Positions 19,413-28,792 of a stretch of DNA of 32,000 bases are shown one piece after another; position 1 is the first letter of the stretch; the number at the start of each line of letters is the position of its first letter. Under the pieces are notes generated by a model that saw only the letters and a program-made list of their open reading frames with translations, was not told the DNA's origin and did no database searches. The position numbers and the translations under genes are program-made. The DNA comes from Staphylothermus marinus F1 (GTDB taxonomy: Archaea; Thermoproteota; Thermoprotei_A; Sulfolobales; Desulfurococcaceae): contig NC_009033.1 in the NCBI RefSeq assembly GCF_000015945.1, forward strand, positions 1,200,001 to 1,232,000. The letters are read 5' to 3'.

Positions 19413-20642
19413 TTATCTTCTCCTACCTTTCCTTCTACGTCCTTTACCTCTTCTTCTAGGACGAGGCTTCTCCTCTTTCTTCCTTGCCGGAGGCTTTGCA
19501 TATAGTTTCTTAATCTCCTCTATTCTCTTATCAAGTTCTTCTTTTAGTTTATCCCCGATAAATCTTCCTGTGAAATAGTCTACTTTAGCAGCTATTGCTA
19601 GTTTTGCCGCTAGTGCACGAGCAATTTTTCCTCTCTGCCATCTCGGGCTACGATGTATTGCTGGGAACTGGAAGATTACTCCATGTTTTGGCGGTTTACC
19701 GCCGGTTCTTAGTGCTCTGAACAATGCTTTCTCTGCTCCTAATACCTGTATCGTGCTTGCCGGTAGTTTAGCTAGGTTCTCTAATCCTCCAGCTAGGCTT
19801 AGTAGTCTAGCTCCTAGTTTTGGCCCTACTAGCGCCGTTATGTTTGGTGCTACCTCCTTCATGATCGCTTCAATGTATCCTTCAAGGGTTTCTCTTAGTT
19901 TATAGAGGTCTAAAATTATTCCTGCAAGTGTCTTTATATATTCTATATCGAAATCGCTTAGATCAGCACCCATACTTTTCTTTGCTACTTCAGCTATCTT
20001 CTTAGCTTTTTCCTCACTAAATCCAAGCTTCTTTAGGTTTTCTACTGTTATGTTGTCTCTATGGCCTAGTTCATAAACTATTCTAGCATAGTCAGAATGT
20101 TCTCTAACTAGTTCATCTAGTTCTGGGAAGTGTAAACTATACCATTCTCTTAAACGTGCGACATATAGGTTGATTGTTTTATCAATATCGTCTATTGCTC
20201 TAATAGCTTGTACAGCTAACAAGTCTCTTTTCTGTGCAGCTCTCCTTAGCTTTCTACGTGTAAGTTCAAGCATTATATCATGTAGTTTAGTATAGAATTC
20301 TTCTTTATCCTTTGCAAAACCAGTTTCTATAGCATAATCAACTATTTTTTCTCTCAGTACTTGTGCACCTAAATGCCCTATCTCAACCAGTGGTTCCAGC
20401 CCTAATGATGCGACATGTTTTCCTGTCTCAGTTGTTTCAACAACAACTGTGTCGAAACCATCTTCTTTAAGTTTTAATAAAACCTCTTTTAGCTGAGGCG
20501 TTTCTTCTCCTCTCTCAATTTTTAACAAATACTCAACATTATCATCTAAACTTGTTGGTGCAAGAGATTTAGCAACTACTTCTCCTTTATCATTGAATGC
20601 ATATACGCCTATAACCGATTCAGCCAGGTATGCTTTCTTCAT
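19413..20642 (-). CDS. nop5: C/D box sRNP core protein Nop5 (Nop56/58 homologue) with Arg/Lys-rich tail
   Basis: NOP domain LVGPKLGARLLSLAGGLENLAKLPASTIQVLGAEKALFRAL. Tail KKEEKPRPRRRGKGRRRKGRRR. ATG 20642 is preferred over GTG 20645. Confidence 0.9.
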   Translation of the reverse strand: MKKAYLAESVIGVYAFNDKGEVVAKSLAPTSLDDNVEYLLKIERGEETPQLKEVLLKLKEDGFDTVVVETTETGKHVASLGLEPLVEIGHLGAQVLREKIVDYAIETGFAKDKEEFYTKLHDIMLELTRRKLRRAAQKRDLLAVQAIRAIDDIDKTINLYVARLREWYSLHFPELDELVREHSDYARIVYELGHRDNITVENLKKLGFSEEKAKKIAEVAKKSMGADLSDFDIEYIKTLAGIILDLYKLRETLEGYIEAIMKEVAPNITALVGPKLGARLLSLAGGLENLAKLPASTIQVLGAEKALFRALRTGGKPPKHGVIFQFPAIHRSPRWQRGKIARALAAKLAIAAKVDYFTGRFIGDKLKEELDKRIEEIKKLYAKPPARKKEEKPRPRRRGKGRRRKGRRR

Positions 20643-20766
20643 CACCTATCACCATACCTAATAGATCACATACATAAACACCAATATTTAAATATCCCTA
20701 AAATATAAAGCATTATTTAAGTATATTAGTTTTTGAGACAAAAATATTATATGGTGACTATATAAA

Positions 20767-20937
20767 ATGCCAAGCCACGGATCGCTTACAAAGGCCGGAA
20801 AAGTCAGGAGTCAAACACCAAAAATACCTCCAAAGCCCAAGAAGAACAAGCCTCCCAGAATGAGGAATAGATGGGAGTATATTAGAAGAATAGTTCTAGC
20901 CGCTCAACAACAATCCTTCTATAGGAGAAGAAGGTAA
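20767..20937 (+). CDS. rps30e: 30S ribosomal protein S30e
   Basis: Not in the ORF track (56 aa). My translation is [56 protein letters not shown]. The [15 protein letters not shown] core is the S30e signature. GGTGA (20753-20757) lies 9 nt upstream. Confidence 0.85.
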   Translation: MPSHGSLTKAGKVRSQTPKIPPKPKKNKPPRMRNRWEYIRRIVLAAQQQSFYRRRR

Positions 20938-21100
20938 ATGTTTTTGGAACTTTATAAGTTTCAACACAGAATTATTTATTGATCTTCAACATTATGGTTT
21001 AGAAACAAAACTATTCTTTTACTAGATTAGCATATTTCTGTTAACTAAATATTTAATTGCAATATTTCTATCCCCTTAATATAGGTGGAGGGGTTTTATT

Positions 21101-22456
21101 GTGGATATGGATGAGTATCTTGGTTATAAAGGATACATTGCTAGAATTCTTAGAGAAATAGGTGCAGAAGTCGGTGACAGAATAAGGATCTCTACTGAGA
21201 AAAGGATCTTTGAAGGAATACTCATGCCTAGAGAGGCATTATATGGTGAGAAACCATTCATTATCATAAAACTTGATAACGGCTATAATATAGGTATACG
21301 AATTTCTGGTAAGGAAAAAATTGAGGTATTGGAGAAAAGAAAGAAGAGAATAGTGAAGACTCATATTTTCAGGAAGCAGAAAAAAGATCTTCCCAGGATA
21401 GTTTTACTGAGTACTGGTGGAACTATTGTTTCAAAAGTAGATTATGAAACAGGCGCTGTCAAGCCCGCTCTTAGTGTTGATGAATTATTAGAGTGGATTC
21501 CTGAGATTAGTAACATTGCGTTTATCGATGCAAAAGAAATTCTAAGCGTGTTCTCAGAAGACATCACTCCTAGCCACTGGGAAAAAATCGCTTCTGAAAT
21601 ATATAATGAAATGATAAACGGTGTCGATGGAGTAGTTATCGCACACGGCACAGATATGATGGCTTATACAGCGGCAGCAATGGCATTTGCTATAAAGAAT
21701 AAACCTGTACCAATAGTTTTTGTAGGTGCTCAGAGAAGCAGTGATAGGCCAAGTACAGATTCTGCTTTTAACTTAAAAGCAGCGTTTCTAGTAGCAGCTA
21801 AAGCACCCTTTGCTGAATCAGTCATTGTAATGCATGGTGAAACCAGTGATACATATGCTTTAGCTCATAGAGGTGTGAAAGTGAGGAAAATGCATACTAG
21901 CAGACGTGATGCTTTCCAATCCATAAATGATTATCCATTAGCCATAATATATCCCGATAAGAACGAAGTAAAAATTATTAATAAAATAATTGAGTTCAGA
22001 GATAAAGATAAGGATCCCATTCTTGAGAATAAGTTTGATGATAAAGTTGTAATGATAAAAGCGTATCCAGGATTTCAGCCGGAGATAATTGATTTATTGG
22101 TTGATAAAGGTTTTCATGGAATAATCATTGAGGGTTCGGGTCTGGGACACATATCTAATAGAGTAATTGATTCAATTAAGCGAGCAATAGAGGAAGAAAT
22201 ACCTGTTGTAATGACTAGTCAATGCTTGTTTGGAAGAGTTAATATGCATGTATATAGTACTGGGCGTAAACTACTTAGTGTAGGCGTTATACCTGGTTCG
22301 GATATGTTACCCGAAACAGCTTATGTTAAGTTGTCATGGATACTTGGCTCTAAGACTAGGGATTTAAAAGAAATACGTAGATTAATGACCACGAATATAG
22401 TGGGAGAGATCAATTCTAGGCTAACAATAAATCTTTATCCGAGGTGGCCTATATGA
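21101..22456 (+). CDS. gatD: Glutamyl-tRNA(Gln) amidotransferase subunit D
   Basis: Asparaginase-like [11 protein letters not shown] and [12 protein letters not shown] motifs. GTG start 9 nt after GGTGGAGG. Confidence 0.9.
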   Translation: MDMDEYLGYKGYIARILREIGAEVGDRIRISTEKRIFEGILMPREALYGEKPFIIIKLDNGYNIGIRISGKEKIEVLEKRKKRIVKTHIFRKQKKDLPRIVLLSTGGTIVSKVDYETGAVKPALSVDELLEWIPEISNIAFIDAKEILSVFSEDITPSHWEKIASEIYNEMINGVDGVVIAHGTDMMAYTAAAMAFAIKNKPVPIVFVGAQRSSDRPSTDSAFNLKAAFLVAAKAPFAESVIVMHGETSDTYALAHRGVKVRKMHTSRRDAFQSINDYPLAIIYPDKNEVKIINKIIEFRDKDKDPILENKFDDKVVMIKAYPGFQPEIIDLLVDKGFHGIIIEGSGLGHISNRVIDSIKRAIEEEIPVVMTSQCLFGRVNMHVYSTGRKLLSVGVIPGSDMLPETAYVKLSWILGSKTRDLKEIRRLMTTNIVGEINSRLTINLYPRWPI

Positions 22457-24375
22457 GTAGTGAAAAACTTAACTATAGCGAGCTCGGCTTAAAAGTAGGA
22501 TTGGAAATCCATATACAGCTTGATACAGCACATAAATTATTCTGTAACTGTCCAACTAAGCTTGTCGAAGAAGAAGCTGAGGATGTGTTCATTAGAGAAC
22601 TAAGACCTGCTAGAAGTGAATTGGGAGAAGTAGATATTGCAGCATTACTTGAATGGGAGAAGGGTAGAAAATACGAGTATCACGCTCCTCGTTCATCTTC
22701 ATGTCTTGTAGAAGCAGATGAGGAGCCTCCCCATGAGATAAATAGGGAAGCATTAATCACGGCTGTAGCTGTTGCAAAAGCTCTCAACATGTATGTAGTT
22801 GATGAAGTACATGTAATGAGGAAAGTAGTTATTGATGGAAGTAACACTTCGGGTTTTCAGAGAACTGCTATAATCGCATTAGACGGTTATATTATGGATA
22901 GAGATAAGAAAATAGGTATACAAACACTGTGCTTAGAGGAAGATGCAGCCAGAAAAATTGGTGAGAAGAAAGATAAGGTTCAATACAAACTTGACAGGCT
23001 TGGAATACCACTAATAGAAATAGCTACAGCACCCGATATAAACGATCCAGAAGAAGCTGAAAGAATAGCTTTCAAGATAGGACAACTTGTACGTTTAACT
23101 GGTAAAGCTAAGAGAGGTCTTGGAACAATAAGACAGGACTTAAATGTTTCAATTAAAGAAGGTGCTAAGATAGAAATAAAAGGTGTACAACACCTCTACC
23201 TAATATCTAGAGTTGTTGAATACGAGGCTCTTAGACAGAAGAAACTATTAGAAATACGTGATGAGTTAAGAAAAAGAAATATTTCTCCAAGCGATATAAG
23301 TGGTAAAATATTTGATGTAACCGATGTTTTTAAGAATACTAAATCCAAGATCATAAGGAGAGTTATAAATAGGAAGGATCATGGAGTATTCGCAGTTATA
23401 CTGCCGGGGTTTAAGGGATTACTTGGTAAAGAATTACAACCAGGACGCAGATTTGGAACAGAACTAGCAGATTATGCTAGAGTATGGGGTGGTGTAGGCG
23501 GGTTATTTCACACAGATGAATTACCAGCCTATGGCATATCGTCTAGTGAGGTTGAAGAGCTTTATAAAAAACTAAATGCTGTTCCATCGAGAGATGCAAT
23601 TGTTTTGGTTGCTGATGAAAAATCGAAAGCGTATAAAGCATTGAACGCTGTAATTAACCGAGCTAAACAAGCCTTTATAGGAGTGCCTGAGGAAACAAGA
23701 GCGGCTAATCCAGATGGAACAACAAAATATATGAGGCCTAGGCCAGGATCAGCTAGAATGTATCCGGAAACAGATATACCACCTGTTGAAATAACGGAGG
23801 AAATACTTAGAGAAGCAGATAAGATTGTGCCTGAGCCCCTAGATGTTAAGCTGAAAAGATTCATTGAAGAATATGGTTTAAGCAGAGAATTAGCATATGC
23901 TATAATAAATGATCTCAGGTTAGATCTGTTTGAGAAATTAGTAGTAAAATATAAGGATAAAATACCTGCATCCCTAATTGCTTCAACCTTAACTAATACA
24001 TTAAAAATGCTTAAAGGCGAAGGAACACCTATTGAGAACATATCTGATGAAGATATTGAAGGAGTTCTAGACAAAGTGGCTAATCGAGAAATAGCTAAAG
24101 AAGCAATTCCTCAAATTCTAGATTATATTGCCAGAAACCCTGGTACAACAATAGATGAAGCGATAGAAAAGCTAGGATTTAAAAAACTAAGCATGGAAGA
24201 GCTTAATGAAATCATTGATAAGGTAATAAAGGAGAATATTGATAAGATCATGCAGAAGCCAGATAAAGCATTCAAGATCGTTATGGGAAGTGTTATGAAA
24301 ATAGTTAGAGGAAAAATTGATGGTAAAACTGTGGCTGAAAAAGTTAAGGAGAAACTATCAGAGCTTAGCAGATAA
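22453..24375 (+). CDS. gatE: Glutamyl-tRNA(Gln) amidotransferase subunit E
   Basis: [20 protein letters not shown] and MYPETDIPP motifs. ATG 22453 overlaps the gatD TGA (ATGA), with GAGGTGG upstream. Confidence 0.9.
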   Translation: MSSEKLNYSELGLKVGLEIHIQLDTAHKLFCNCPTKLVEEEAEDVFIRELRPARSELGEVDIAALLEWEKGRKYEYHAPRSSSCLVEADEEPPHEINREALITAVAVAKALNMYVVDEVHVMRKVVIDGSNTSGFQRTAIIALDGYIMDRDKKIGIQTLCLEEDAARKIGEKKDKVQYKLDRLGIPLIEIATAPDINDPEEAERIAFKIGQLVRLTGKAKRGLGTIRQDLNVSIKEGAKIEIKGVQHLYLISRVVEYEALRQKKLLEIRDELRKRNISPSDISGKIFDVTDVFKNTKSKIIRRVINRKDHGVFAVILPGFKGLLGKELQPGRRFGTELADYARVWGGVGGLFHTDELPAYGISSSEVEELYKKLNAVPSRDAIVLVADEKSKAYKALNAVINRAKQAFIGVPEETRAANPDGTTKYMRPRPGSARMYPETDIPPVEITEEILREADKIVPEPLDVKLKRFIEEYGLSRELAYAIINDLRLDLFEKLVVKYKDKIPASLIASTLTNTLKMLKGEGTPIENISDEDIEGVLDKVANREIAKEAIPQILDYIARNPGTTIDEAIEKLGFKKLSMEELNEIIDKVIKENIDKIMQKPDKAFKIVMGSVMKIVRGKIDGKTVAEKVKEKLSELSR

Positions 24376-24416
24376 ACTACAATAGTCCAATTAATGATTA
24401 TTAAATACTAGTAATA

Positions 24417-24479
24417 GCGGCGATGACGAGTACTCCCGACAATGATTCTAGGTGATTAGAAGGCATTTGTCTGAGCCGT
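24417..24479 (+). ncRNA. C/D box sRNA (2'-O-methylation guide), canonical archaeal architecture
   Basis: The elements run in order. C box AUGACGA (24423-24429); 12-nt guide (24430-24441); D' AUGA (24442-24445). Then a 6-nt spacer and C' GUGAUUA (24452-24458). Then a 12-nt guide (24459-24470) and D box CUGA (24471-24474). CGGC (24418-24421) and GCCG (24475-24478) can form a 4-bp terminal stem. An AT-rich TATA-like box lies about 20-25 nt upstream. Confidence 0.7.
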
Positions 24480-24499
24480 TAACAATGTATTACCATATA

Positions 24500-24570
24500 A
24501 TTAGATGATGATTATCCCCAAGATGAGCCTTATTATTAGGCGATGAATAATGCACGAGCGTGCTGAACAT
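24500..24570 (+). ncRNA. Probable second C/D box sRNA (less canonical)
   Basis: Perfect C box AUGAUGA (24505-24511). 11-nt guide, then D' AUGA (24523-24526). 16-nt spacer with a GCCU/AGGC mini-hairpin (24527-24541). Degenerate C' AUGAAUA (24543-24549). 13-nt guide, then D box CUGA (24563-24566). The terminal stem is weak. Confidence 0.45.
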
Positions 24571-24649
24571 TATTATCCCTTAAAAACATATTTTCTATAA
24601 TGATGCTGAGCCTTGGCCGCTGCAGAGCCCGAAAATATAAGTCATTAGG

Positions 24650-25039
24650 GTGGTGAAGAAATTGGTAGCCTCTGAGAAAAAAGAGAAAAAGTACAAGGAT
24701 GTAGAGCAAATACTGATCAATAGAGGATACTATGTAACTCGAAAAAACATCTCTGAAAAGGATCTTATGGGTGAAGAGAAAAACTATGAAATAATCCATG
24801 CAGTATCAAGGGATGAAAAAACTGTAATAACTATTAGACTAGAATATTTGAAGGATTCTCATAGACTACATGTAAGTACTAAGACTGGACAAGCTCGAGT
24901 ATCCGAGATCATAGCCGATAAGCTAGAGTCTCTGGGTTTACGTGTACACGAAGATGGTAAACAAGTTGATGCTAGTGGAATAATTAAATCAAATAATCTT
25001 GCTCGTAAGGTAAAAGATGTATTGGATAATATTGGGTAG
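24650..25039 (+). CDS. Hypothetical protein (no family recognised)
   Basis: 129-aa ORF with protein-like composition, first of three co-directional genes separated by 20-22 nt. Start is uncertain: GTG 24650, or TTG 24662 which lies 5 nt after GGTGA. Confidence 0.5.
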   Translation: MVKKLVASEKKEKKYKDVEQILINRGYYVTRKNISEKDLMGEEKNYEIIHAVSRDEKTVITIRLEYLKDSHRLHVSTKTGQARVSEIIADKLESLGLRVHEDGKQVDASGIIKSNNLARKVKDVLDNIG

Positions 25040-25060
25040 TAGTATAGGTGCTAAACTAAT

Positions 25061-26005
25061 ATGTTTAACATAGATGACGATAGCTATGCTAAGCAATACG
25101 CATATCTCTATAATAAAGGATTAAAACATGCCGAGATAGCATCGATTCTTCAATTACCTTCTTCAACTCTTTCTAGAAAAATAAAAAACTATTTCAGAAA
25201 CGGAGTATTACTTGAATATTACAATGTATTTATAGATAAACTAATCCTAGATTCATGGATATACATAGTTGTTCTTAATCAAAGAACAAAGTTATCTAGA
25301 TGTTTTAAGAAAAACATACCTAAACCAACCATAATGTATTATTCGCCAATACCGCGCCCAACATATATATTGTATTATTTATCCTACAAGGGCAGCCGCT
25401 CAGAAAAGCCGGAACCAATATCTATGCTCGATATAGATCTGAGTTTATGCAAGGTAAAGGTTTATGGATCCATTGAGGAAACAATTATTCCTCGAGAGAA
25501 TTATATAAATAAAAAAATCAATTTGACACATGCAATTAGATCAAATAATCGAGAGGTTTCAGAAATCGATGATATAGACGATTATATTAGCAGATTATTT
25601 TACTTAGTATCCAATCCCCCCATGAAGAACTATAAGCTAAGAAATCTAGTCGAGGAGATATTCTCCAAAAACTTTACATTACATATCTTCAGGAACCACT
25701 ACTATAAACATCTCTACAAAACCATTATATACAAGAGAATAATTTATAGAAGGTATCCCAGAGCATATACAATAATACAAGCAACATCACCTGGTTCCCT
25801 TTTAAATTTGGAATCGATGCTGAACGATATGCTCAATAAAGGTCTATTAATAGGTGTTGATCAAGTTAATGTGATAAGTTATGAACCCCTCATCCTTATT
25901 CTACATGCATGGATCGATCCAGACATTATTTGGAACAATGAAATGGTTCTCGATTATGTACCGAACATTTTTTATGATATATACGTTGTAAAACAAATAC
26001 TATAG
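25061..26005 (+). CDS. Hypothetical HTH protein, possibly a tandem divergent Lrp/AsnC-like architecture
   Basis: The N-terminal stretch LKHAEIASILQLPSSTLSRKIKNYFRNGVLLEYYNVFIDKLILDSWIYIVVL follows the Lrp/AsnC pattern of an HTH running into the first effector-domain strand. A second, weaker copy of the pattern is DDYISRLFYL...HIFRNHYYKHLYKTIIYKRIIY...AYTIIQA. AGGTG lies 10 nt upstream of the ATG. Confidence 0.45.
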   Translation: MFNIDDDSYAKQYAYLYNKGLKHAEIASILQLPSSTLSRKIKNYFRNGVLLEYYNVFIDKLILDSWIYIVVLNQRTKLSRCFKKNIPKPTIMYYSPIPRPTYILYYLSYKGSRSEKPEPISMLDIDLSLCKVKVYGSIEETIIPRENYINKKINLTHAIRSNNREVSEIDDIDDYISRLFYLVSNPPMKNYKLRNLVEEIFSKNFTLHIFRNHYYKHLYKTIIYKRIIYRRYPRAYTIIQATSPGSLLNLESMLNDMLNKGLLIGVDQVNVISYEPLILILHAWIDPDIIWNNEMVLDYVPNIFYDIYVVKQIL

Positions 26006-26025
26006 TACTCTATTCGGGGATCCTA

Positions 26026-26949
26026 ATGGATTTAAATACATTTATATCAAACGTATATGAGGTTGTTAAAAGTCCGAGTAAATTATTAGACTTGATCCAT
26101 GATGTCAGCAAGTATTTACTCTATAGCAGTGACACTATAAAGACTAGGCCTCCAGGATTTGTAGAAATAATTAGTTATGAAAAAATTTATGCAATAGGAG
26201 ATCTCCACGGTGATTTCGAGACATTAATAGAGTTTCTAGCTAAAGAGGATATATTAGAAAATATTGAAGATGGCACAGTAACTGTTGTTTTTCTCGGAGA
26301 CTATGTAGATAGAGGGCCTCAACAAGTTGAGGTATTAACTAGTATATTATTGCTTAAGAAATTATTCCCGGATAACATTGTTTTACTAAGAGGAAACCAT
26401 GAAGCAGCACCACTCATTATTCCTTACCCACATGATTTTCCTGATAAATTAATAGAAATTTATGGTGTACAAGGAAAGGAAGTATATAGAGAAGTTTTCA
26501 GGTTGTTCCAGAAAATACCTTATGGAGCCAGAATTCCCGGCAAAATACTTTTCCTACATGGCGGCCCTCCAATATCTTTTGCTAAAGCTAAATCTTTTGA
26601 GGAAGCTTTAAGTATTGGGTTGCCATCAGTTGATGATCATGTCCTCGAAGAAGTCTTATGGAATGATCCATTTGATGATCCATATCACCTTGCAGCACCA
26701 TCTTATAGAGGAGCAGGTATGTTGTTTAATGAGAAAGTAACTAGTGCAACAATAGAATTAGCAGGTGTAAAATATATAGTGCGAGGACACGAACCCGCGG
26801 AAGGTTATAAAATAGATCATGATGGAAAACTTATAACATTATTTGACTCTAGAATTCCAAACTATGGCATATCATCTGCAGGATACTTGGCTTTCTCAAA
26901 AGAAGACGAATTAACAGATATAACACAGTATATAAAAATAATATCTTAA
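26026..26949 (+). CDS. Serine/threonine protein phosphatase, PPP family (PP1-arch-like metallophosphoesterase)
   Basis: Complete PPP motif set: GDLHGD, GDYVDRG, RGNHE, LHGG and RGHE. Confidence 0.85.
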   Translation: MDLNTFISNVYEVVKSPSKLLDLIHDVSKYLLYSSDTIKTRPPGFVEIISYEKIYAIGDLHGDFETLIEFLAKEDILENIEDGTVTVVFLGDYVDRGPQQVEVLTSILLLKKLFPDNIVLLRGNHEAAPLIIPYPHDFPDKLIEIYGVQGKEVYREVFRLFQKIPYGARIPGKILFLHGGPPISFAKAKSFEEALSIGLPSVDDHVLEEVLWNDPFDDPYHLAAPSYRGAGMLFNEKVTSATIELAGVKYIVRGHEPAEGYKIDHDGKLITLFDSRIPNYGISSAGYLAFSKEDELTDITQYIKIIS

Positions 26950-26952
26950 CAA

Positions 26953-27270
26953 CTAGAAGATCCAGAAACGTTTTCCTTTAACATTAAGTGTTAATATCCC
27001 GTTTTTAAGGACTTTTTCCACTTTCTTAATTTTAAACCATAATTTGATCTTGAGATAGTATGTTTCATTAGATAATTCATCGTATCCATAGATCAATAAA
27101 TCTTTTTCTCTCGCAACAACCTTGTAATTATTTTCATCTAATGCTTCAGCAAATACAACTATTCTTGCTTTATTGAATCCTCTATAAACCATATCGTAAC
27201 TTAAAGGCTTAGTCCACTTATAAATTGGTGAGAGACCCTCCACCGAAACTAACCTCCTCAAAATAAACAA
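26953..27270 (-). CDS. Small protein with divergent Hsp20/alpha-crystallin-domain-like C-terminus
   Basis: YYLKIKLWFKIKKVEKVLKNGILTLNVKGK follows the ACD beta7-beta9 pattern (F.r...LP..v....a...nGvL.i.lpK). The preceding YKVVAREKDLLIYG resembles the beta3-beta5 region. The likely true start is GTG 27243, 9 nt after GAGGAGG. Confidence 0.4.
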   Translation of the reverse strand: MFILRRLVSVEGLSPIYKWTKPLSYDMVYRGFNKARIVVFAEALDENNYKVVAREKDLLIYGYDELSNETYYLKIKLWFKIKKVEKVLKNGILTLNVKGKRFWIF

Positions 27271-27396
27271 TTACCTATTAACTCATAATATTTCTTTCTA
27301 TAGATAAAAAGTTATATAGCCGTAAATGAACCTGTCGTTTTATAAGAGGGAGTAAAAGTATTTGGTTTGTGGTAGAAAAGGTGGTGAGATAAAGTA

Positions 27397-27711
27397 TTGG
27401 ATTATGAATCCCCACTAATCGAATATTTTGTTGACCTAACAGAACAGTATCTTGGTGATCTAATAGAGGAAGTAGTTGAGCAATACTATGAAGACAAAAT
27501 AGACATAGCAACAGAATACGAAGCTATTCTGGAATACATTATTGAAAAATTTGTTAAGGAAAGCCTACGGGGAGAATATGATCCCGAAAAATTTGAGAAA
27601 CTACTGCGTAGGTTATCTAGGAACAAAGGCATAGGCAAATTAGTCGTAAGCTATCTAGTCTCTCGCTATATCGAAGAAAATATGAACTTTAAAAATGAAG
27701 ATGAATTGTAA
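27397..27711 (+). CDS. Small acidic, probably helical protein (paralogue A)
   Basis: 104-aa ORF. TTG start 9 nt after GGTGA (27383-27387). Very acidic N-terminal half. Shares the segment IIEKFVKESLRGEYDPEKFEKLLRRL with the 29135-29479 product. Confidence 0.5.
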   Translation: MDYESPLIEYFVDLTEQYLGDLIEEVVEQYYEDKIDIATEYEAILEYIIEKFVKESLRGEYDPEKFEKLLRRLSRNKGIGKLVVSYLVSRYIEENMNFKNEDEL

Positions 27712-27746
27712 AATATTGTTTTCTTTTATTTTCTCATTTCTAAGGG

Positions 27747-28559
27747 GTGGTCTTAATTAAAAGAAAAAGTAGGAAGAAAAACAATAAAGCTGGAGAGGAA
27801 ACAGTCGTAAAGGAGAAACCACGTAAGAAAAAACGTAGAAAGAAAAAAATCTTAGACCTCGATAGTTTAGCTAAAAAACTTGTTCAAGACATTAGCGAGT
27901 ATACAGGAATGAATACTTTACAATTACCAGATAAGTTAAAACAGAAAATTACTAGGGAAATACTCGATATCGTTATAACGTCAACATCATATAAGCCCAG
28001 CACGGATACTATACTAAAGAGGATATCGAGAAATAGAGAATTAATCAATATGATAATAGCTGCTCGAATGCTCGAAGAACTAAATGAATTCACCGATGAA
28101 CAACTTGAATTCATAGTTTATTATGGAAAAAGAATGATCATACCCGAAATCTCTAGGCTATACAGAATACTTATTAAGAAGAATAGAAAAGACCTAATTA
28201 GTTATTTACAGTATGTATGGGAAAAATATGGGCGCCCATCTCCTGTAAAGTGTCCTAAATGCGGTTTTAACGCGATAATGCCTGATTATACTTGTTATAT
28301 TTGTGGATATACTGTTACAGAATCATATATCCGTGAACAAATCAGTTTCGAGGAGAAACTACGAGAATTTATTAAGGAAGCTAGTGTTGCTGAGCTACTA
28401 GAAGTTCTTGAATATGGGTTTGTTTTTGTAAGTAGAGAAGGAATAAAAACGCCTAAATCAAAAATTGATCCGTCAAAAATTTATTACCAGATATATCTAA
28501 AACCCAAAGATAAAGCATTGATTAAAGAAGAGATTTCAAATAGGAAAATACCAGTTTAA
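27747..28559 (+). CDS. Hypothetical protein with Lys/Arg-rich N-terminus and internal CxxC-x11-CxxC zinc ribbon
   Basis: N-terminus KRKSRKKNNK...KPRKKKRRKKK. Zinc ribbon CPKCGFNAIMPDYTCYICG. The GTG start is uncertain. Confidence 0.5.
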   Translation: MVLIKRKSRKKNNKAGEETVVKEKPRKKKRRKKKILDLDSLAKKLVQDISEYTGMNTLQLPDKLKQKITREILDIVITSTSYKPSTDTILKRISRNRELINMIIAARMLEELNEFTDEQLEFIVYYGKRMIIPEISRLYRILIKKNRKDLISYLQYVWEKYGRPSPVKCPKCGFNAIMPDYTCYICGYTVTESYIREQISFEEKLREFIKEASVAELLEVLEYGFVFVSREGIKTPKSKIDPSKIYYQIYLKPKDKALIKEEISNRKIPV

Positions 28560-28576
28560 TCTTATTGGTGAATCTT

Positions 28577-28792
28577 ATGGAGACTAACGATCTTGGTAGA
28601 ATAGCTAAACATCTCAGAAGAATAATGTTTCTAGCTGGAAACGGATTCTATCAAACTATTAACAGTGAAAACAAAGTTGTAAACTTGTTTTTCCTAACAA
28701 TATTGAAGGAAGCATATAAGGCTCTTAACATAGTTTATCAAATAAAAGACTCTGGTGAGGTTCGAGATGTCACTAATAGAGATCAATTCTAG
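28577..28792 (+). CDS. Small hypothetical protein
   Basis: 71 aa from ATG 28577, 5 nt after GGTGA (28567-28571). Overlaps the next gene by 26 nt. No motif recognised. Confidence 0.35.
   Translation: METNDLGRIAKHLRRIMFLAGNGFYQTINSENKVVNLFFLTILKEAYKALNIVYQIKDSGEVRDVTNRDQF

Noticed and set aside
23562-24074. 170-aa minus-strand ORF inside gatE. Similar antisense ORFs lie at 30527-30958, 29996-30277, 8949-9374, 29187-29582 and 7747-8010.
   Set aside because: All lie antisense to strongly supported genes. They have S/L/I-rich low-complexity composition typical of the reverse frame of AT-rich coding DNA. None has a motif or a ribosome-binding box.
24536-24799. 87-aa minus-strand ORF spanning the sRNA region and the start of the 24650 gene.
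   Set aside because: It overlaps the better-supported C/D sRNA candidate and a plus-strand CDS. Its sequence is hydrophobic low-complexity with no upstream signal.
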